Source of the DNA: Deferribacterales bacterium | GTDB lineage: Bacteria > Chrysiogenota > Deferribacteres > Deferribacterales > Geovibrionaceae | Reading direction: 5' to 3' | Length of the DNA: 10,648 bases | Assembly (NCBI GenBank): GCA_050253335.1 | Contig: JBFWJG010000063.1 | Span: forward strand, 1 to 10,648 | Shown: positions 7,515 to 10,648 of the stretch, in pieces | Layout of the letters: every line of letters begins with the position of its first letter | Position numbering within the stretch: the stretch's first letter is position 1 | Notes under the pieces: model-generated | What the model saw: the letters and a program-made list of their open reading frames with translations, nothing else | What the model was told of the DNA's origin: nothing | Database searches by the model: none | Translations under genes and position numbers: made by a program

Positions 7515-7832
7515 ATGGCTGTTGAACTTAATGAGTCAACCTTTCAAACTGACGTGGTAGAGAGCAGCTTGCCCGTTCTCGTGGATTTCTGGGCAGTGTG
7601 GTGCGGACCCTGCAGAATGCTTACTCCCACTGTGGAAGCATTGGCCAATGAATATGCCGGTAAAATCAAAGTCGGCAAAGTAAACGTGGATGAAAACCAG
7701 CAGCTCGCTGCTAAATACGGCATCATGAGCATACCCACAGTTATGGTATTCAAAGGCGGCAAAGTGGTTGAGCAGTTCATCGGTGTTCAGCCCAAAGGCG
7801 TTTATGAGGACGCTATAAAGAAATATATCTAG
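7515..7832 (+). CDS. trxA: Thioredoxin
   Basis: 105 aa with VLVDFWAVWCGPCR (canonical WCGPC active site), VNVDENQ and the cis-Pro motif SIPT. Confidence 0.97.
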   Translation: MAVELNESTFQTDVVESSLPVLVDFWAVWCGPCRMLTPTVEALANEYAGKIKVGKVNVDENQQLAAKYGIMSIPTVMVFKGGKVVEQFIGVQPKGVYEDAIKKYI

Positions 7833-7843
7833 GGCGTTTTTTT

Positions 7844-8041
7844 ATGCCCTTTTATGAATACAGGTGCGCAGACTGCGGCACTGAGTTTTCCCGCCTTGTT
7901 TTCAGGGCGGAAGACCCTGCCGAATGCACAAAGTGTTCGGGAACAAATGTCGAAAGGGTTGAGCATGTAAAGCATTCCACAGGCTGCGTGTGCTGCACCC
8001 CTAAGGGATGTTTTCCGTCCTCTTCCGGCATTCCCGAGTAG
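7844..8041 (+). CDS. FmdB-family zinc-ribbon small protein with a Cys-rich tail
   Basis: MPFYEYRCADCG...ECTKCSG matches the MPxYEYxCxxCG...CxxCG FmdB/CxxC_CxxC_SSSS pattern. The tail reads GCVCCTPKGC. Confidence 0.85.
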   Translation: MPFYEYRCADCGTEFSRLVFRAEDPAECTKCSGTNVERVEHVKHSTGCVCCTPKGCFPSSSGIPE

Positions 8042-8082
8042 AGCGGTTTAGCAGCAGTATAACCATAAAAGAAAAAAATATG

Positions 8083-8119
8083 AGGCCTTCCGTATTCCTG
8101 CGGAAGGCTTTTGTTTTTT
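8083..8119 (+). terminator. Rho-independent terminator after trxA and the zinc-ribbon gene (possibly bidirectional)
   Basis: AGGCCTTCCGTA-TTCC-TGCGGAAGGCTT forms a 12-bp stem (2 G-U pairs) followed by TTGTTTTTT. It is preceded by the A-rich tract AAAAGAAAAAAA. Confidence 0.85.
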
Positions 8120-8232
8120 ACATTCCGTAACAGTCTCACACATATTAAAGTTCCGCGGATTAAGCTTCTCCGGCAAAGTGCTTCGTGGACGCTTACATAA
8201 AACAGACAGGGCGTCCTGTTTGATGTTATTAA

Positions 8233-8261
8233 TTGACATGGAAGGCTTACTGAATTAAAAA
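8233..8261 (+). promoter_or_regulatory. Candidate sigma70 promoter P1 of the ABC transporter operon
   Basis: TTGACA (8233-8238), 17-nt spacer, TAAAAA (8256-8261). Confidence 0.45.
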
Positions 8262-8273
8262 ATAAATATCTTT

Positions 8274-8302
8274 TTGACAAAATTTGCGGGCTGCCGTAAA
8301 AA
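8274..8302 (+). promoter_or_regulatory. Candidate sigma70 promoter P2 of the ABC transporter operon
   Basis: TTGACA (8274-8279), 17-nt spacer, TAAAAA (8297-8302). An AT-rich UP-like tract lies just upstream. Confidence 0.45.
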
Positions 8303-8339
8303 TGCGGTTTTGCTCCACTAAACCTAGAAGGGGTTGTAC

Positions 8340-9401
8340 ATGAAGAAAATTCTTTTAGCACTTTTAACGGCGGTTCTTTTCACCGCGGGCGCTTACGCCA
8401 AAGACAAACAGATTAAAGCGGGCTTTATCTATGTCGGACCCGTGGGTGATGCCGGATGGACCTACGCACACGATCAGGGCAGACTTGAGATGGAAAAACT
8501 TCCATATGTAGACAAATCCACTTACATTGAATCTGTGCCCGAAGGTGCTGACGCGACAAGGATAATCACCGGTCTTGCCAAAAAAGGGCACAACCTGATA
8601 TTCACCACCAGCTTCGGCTACATGGATCCTACCATTGAAGTTGCAAAAAGGAATAAAGACATCATTTTCATGCACTGTTCCGGCTATAAAACGGCCGAAA
8701 ACGTGGGCACTTACTTCGGCAGAATGTATCAGCCCCGTTACCTTTCAGGCGTTGTCGCAGGTAAAATGACCAAATCAAACACAATCGGCTATGTTGCCGC
8801 TTTCCCTATCCCCGAAGTTATCAGGGGAATAAATGCCTTCACCCTCGGTGTTAAGAGCGTAAACCCCGCCGCAACTGTTAAAGTTGTGTGGACACACACA
8901 TGGTTTGACCCGGGCAAAGAGCGTGAAGCCGCTGAAAGCGTTCTTGACGCAGGCGCTGACGTAATCACCATGCACCAGGACACACCCGCTCCCCTTCAGG
9001 CTGCTGAAAAAAGAGGAGCATACGCCATCGGCTACAACGTTGACATGAAAAAATTCGCCCCCAAAGCATACCTTACTTCACCCGTCTGGAATTGGGGCGC
9101 GCTTTATGAAGTTGTCGCTGAGCAGGTGAGCAAAGGCACATGGAAGAGCGAGCAGATCTGGTGGGGTATGGAGCACGGCCTTGTTGATCTTGCGCCCCTC
9201 AGCGACCTTGTTCCCGCTGATGTTAAAAAGATAGTGGAAGAAAGAAAAGCCGCAGTCAAAAACGGCACAAACAAAGTATTCTCTGGTCCCATTAAAGACC
9301 AGTCCGGCAAAATTGTTGTGCCCGCAGGTAAAACAATGACAGATGCCGAAATGCTCAGCATGAACTTCTTCGTTGAAGGCGTTCAGGGCTCACCTAAGTA
9401 A
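8340..9401 (+). CDS. BMP/PnrA-family ABC transporter substrate-binding protein (purine/nucleoside type)
   Basis: ATG 8340 follows the SD AGAAGGGG. Signal peptide ends in AYA. Motifs GFIYVGPVGDAGWTYAHDQG, TTSFGYMD, YQPRYLSG, IPEVIRGINAFTLG, WFDP, QDT and WNWG. Confidence 0.92.
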   Translation: MKKILLALLTAVLFTAGAYAKDKQIKAGFIYVGPVGDAGWTYAHDQGRLEMEKLPYVDKSTYIESVPEGADATRIITGLAKKGHNLIFTTSFGYMDPTIEVAKRNKDIIFMHCSGYKTAENVGTYFGRMYQPRYLSGVVAGKMTKSNTIGYVAAFPIPEVIRGINAFTLGVKSVNPAATVKVVWTHTWFDPGKEREAAESVLDAGADVITMHQDTPAPLQAAEKRGAYAIGYNVDMKKFAPKAYLTSPVWNWGALYEVVAEQVSKGTWKSEQIWWGMEHGLVDLAPLSDLVPADVKKIVEERKAAVKNGTNKVFSGPIKDQSGKIVVPAGKTMTDAEMLSMNFFVEGVQGSPK

Positions 9402-9414
9402 TTGAAAAATAAGG

Positions 9415-9455
9415 GCGGTGCAGGGTTTAAAGCTCTGCGCCGCTTTTTTATTTTT
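9415..9455 (+). terminator. Intercistronic stem-loop with U-tract (partial terminator or mRNA stabiliser) between the binding-protein and ATPase genes
   Basis: GCGGTGCAGGGTT-TAA-AGCTCTGCGCCGC forms a 13-bp stem with G-U pairs, followed by TTTTTTATTTTT. Confidence 0.75.
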
Positions 9456-9466
9456 AAGGGATCACA

Positions 9467-10648
9467 TTGAAACCGTATCTTAAACTTGAAAATATCACCA
9501 AAAGCTTTCCGGGCGTTAAGGCTCTGGATAATGTTTCTCTGGACTGTTACGAAGGGGAGATCCATACCCTTCTCGGTGAAAACGGAGCCGGCAAAAGCAC
9601 GCTTATGAGTGTGCTGGCGGGGCTTTATAAGCCCGAGGCCGGAACAATCTCAGTTAACGGTTCCGAGGTTTCCATTTCCTCTCCGTCCGAATCTCTTAAA
9701 ATTGGCATAGGTATGGTTTATCAGCATTTTATGTTGGTGCGGAACCATTCTGTGATGGAAAACATACTTCTTTCTCTTGATAACCTCCCGGGGGTGATAA
9801 ACAGGGGTGAGGTCTTTGAAAGAACGAAGAAAATCCTTGATGATTTCGGTCTCAGCATTAATCTGAACGAGCCTGTATGGAAGCTTTCCATAGGTGAACA
9901 GCAGTGGGTGGAGCTTATCAAGCTTCTCGTCCGTGACTGCAAGATCCTTATTCTTGACGAACCTACCGCGGTTCTCACCCCGCAGGAAGCGGACACCCTT
10001 TTCGGCTTTCTTAAAAAACTGAAAAGCAAGGGCAAGTCCATTATATTCATCTCGCACAAAATGCGCGAGGTCATGGAACTTTCAGACCGTGTCACGGTTC
10101 TCAAAAAAGGGAAAACCGTGAAATCTCTCACTGCCGGTGAGTTTGATGAAGCTCTGCTTGCGGGACTCATGATCGGCACTGATGATGTGCCCCAATGGGA
10201 GAAGACGGAAAAGGCGTTTGACGAGAAGATACTGGAGGTTAAAAGCCTCTCTGTTGAGAACGACAAAGGTCTTTCTGATGTTAAAGGGATCAGCTTTGAG
10301 CTTTTCAGAGGCGAGATTCTGGGCATAGCCGGTGTCGCCGGAAACGGTCAGAAGGCACTGGCAGAGGTGCTTACCGGGTTACGCAGACCCACGGGCGGGC
10401 AGATAATCGTCAAGGGCGAGGACTTCACCAACCACAAGGGCAAAAACCCCTACATAGCGGGAATAGCCCACATTCCCGAAGACAGAAAAGCCTTCGGCAT
10501 AGCCCCCGAGATGAGCATTGACGAAAACCTTATCCTGAAAAGCTATAAAGACAGCAAATTCAAAAACTTTTTCATACAGAACGCCAGAGCGATCAAAGAG
10601 AACGCGGAAGAGCTCATATCGAAATTCGCCATCAAGACAGGCCCAGCG
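9467..10648 (+). CDS. ABC transporter ATP-binding protein, CUT2 sugar/nucleoside type with two fused NBDs (partial, runs off the window end)
   Basis: Absent from the ORF track because it has no stop in the window. TTG 9467 follows the SD AAGGGA. Translation begins MKPYLKLENITKSFPGVKALDNVS. Walker A GENGAGKST, Q-loop GMVYQHF, signature LSIGEQQ, Walker B ILILDEPT, H-loop ISHK. The second NBD has the degenerate Walker A GVAGNGQ and IPEDR. Confidence 0.94.
   Translation, partial: MKPYLKLENITKSFPGVKALDNVSLDCYEGEIHTLLGENGAGKSTLMSVLAGLYKPEAGTISVNGSEVSISSPSESLKIGIGMVYQHFMLVRNHSVMENILLSLDNLPGVINRGEVFERTKKILDDFGLSINLNEPVWKLSIGEQQWVELIKLLVRDCKILILDEPTAVLTPQEADTLFGFLKKLKSKGKSIIFISHKMREVMELSDRVTVLKKGKTVKSLTAGEFDEALLAGLMIGTDDVPQWEKTEKAFDEKILEVKSLSVENDKGLSDVKGISFELFRGEILGIAGVAGNGQKALAEVLTGLRRPTGGQIIVKGEDFTNHKGKNPYIAGIAHIPEDRKAFGIAPEMSIDENLILKSYKDSKFKNFFIQNARAIKENAEELISKFAIKTGPA

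Noticed and set aside
7809..7843. Terminator or phase-variable T7 tract between trxA and the zinc-ribbon gene
   Set aside because: The possible stem (GACGCT/GGCGTT) is short, G-U-rich and has a large loop. T7 is short for slipped-strand switching and is non-coding.
8171..8185. Sigma54 promoter (CGGCAAAGTGCTTCG)
   Set aside because: The -24 GG and the TT are spaced correctly, but the -12 dinucleotide is CG instead of GC.
8172..8222. c-di-GMP-I (GEMM) riboswitch, suggested by GGCAAA...GGACGC
   Set aside because: Only about 10 nt lie between the two motifs, with no solid stem or GNRA tetraloop. The following AAAGC and the P3 tetraloop receptor are absent. At most a degenerate resemblance; cmscan would settle it.
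8262..8320. Purine riboswitch upstream of the BMP gene, suggested by CCGTAAA (L3-like) and by the downstream gene function
   Set aside because: The J2/3 TTTCTACC, the L2 GATATGG and a P3 stem closing around CCGTAAA are all missing, so the three-way junction cannot be built.
7852..8361. Minus-strand ORFs of 169 aa (7852-8361) and 63 aa (8048-8239)
   Set aside because: No recognisable motifs or SD. They run through the terminator and candidate promoters, and the longer one overlaps the zinc-ribbon and BMP genes.
800..10326. Remaining antisense and alternate-frame ORFs (e.g. 800-1156, 2394-3014, 3807-4157, 5701-6069, 9650-10057, 9721-10326)
   Set aside because: All lie over well-supported genes, lack recognisable domains and are best explained as shadow ORFs.
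1..10648. CRISPR arrays, IS elements, tandem repeats, tRNA/rRNA, frameshifted pseudogenes
   Set aside because: None seen. The intergenic spaces are short and lack regularly spaced repeats, and all main reading frames are intact. The ATPase is missing from the ORF track only because the window truncates it.

Overview
Gene-dense bacterial chromosomal window with all credible genes on the + strand. It holds three blocks. (1) The end of a rod-shape/elongasome operon: the mreB 3' end, mreC, mreD, mrdA (PBP2) and rodA. This runs with no gap or terminator into a large B12-binding radical SAM protein (TIGR03960-type) fused to a TIGR03936/DUF2344 domain, which overlaps a TIGR02757/DUF2400 HhH-GPD-like protein carrying an EndoIII-like Cys cluster. 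(2) trxA with its own candidate promoter, a small Cys-rich FmdB-type zinc-ribbon gene and an intrinsic terminator. (3) The start of a CUT2-type ABC importer for purines/nucleosides: a BMP/PnrA-family binding protein, an intercistronic hairpin, and a double-domain ATPase truncated by the window end. I saw no mobile element, CRISPR array, tRNA or rRNA. The region is mostly housekeeping. The best candidate for an uncharacterised system is the pair of metal-cluster enzymes of unknown function coupled to the elongasome operon. Other points of interest are a Cys3His Zn-site motif in PBP2 and a structured intergenic region with tandem promoters ahead of the transporter. Family assignments come from motif recognition, not from database searches.
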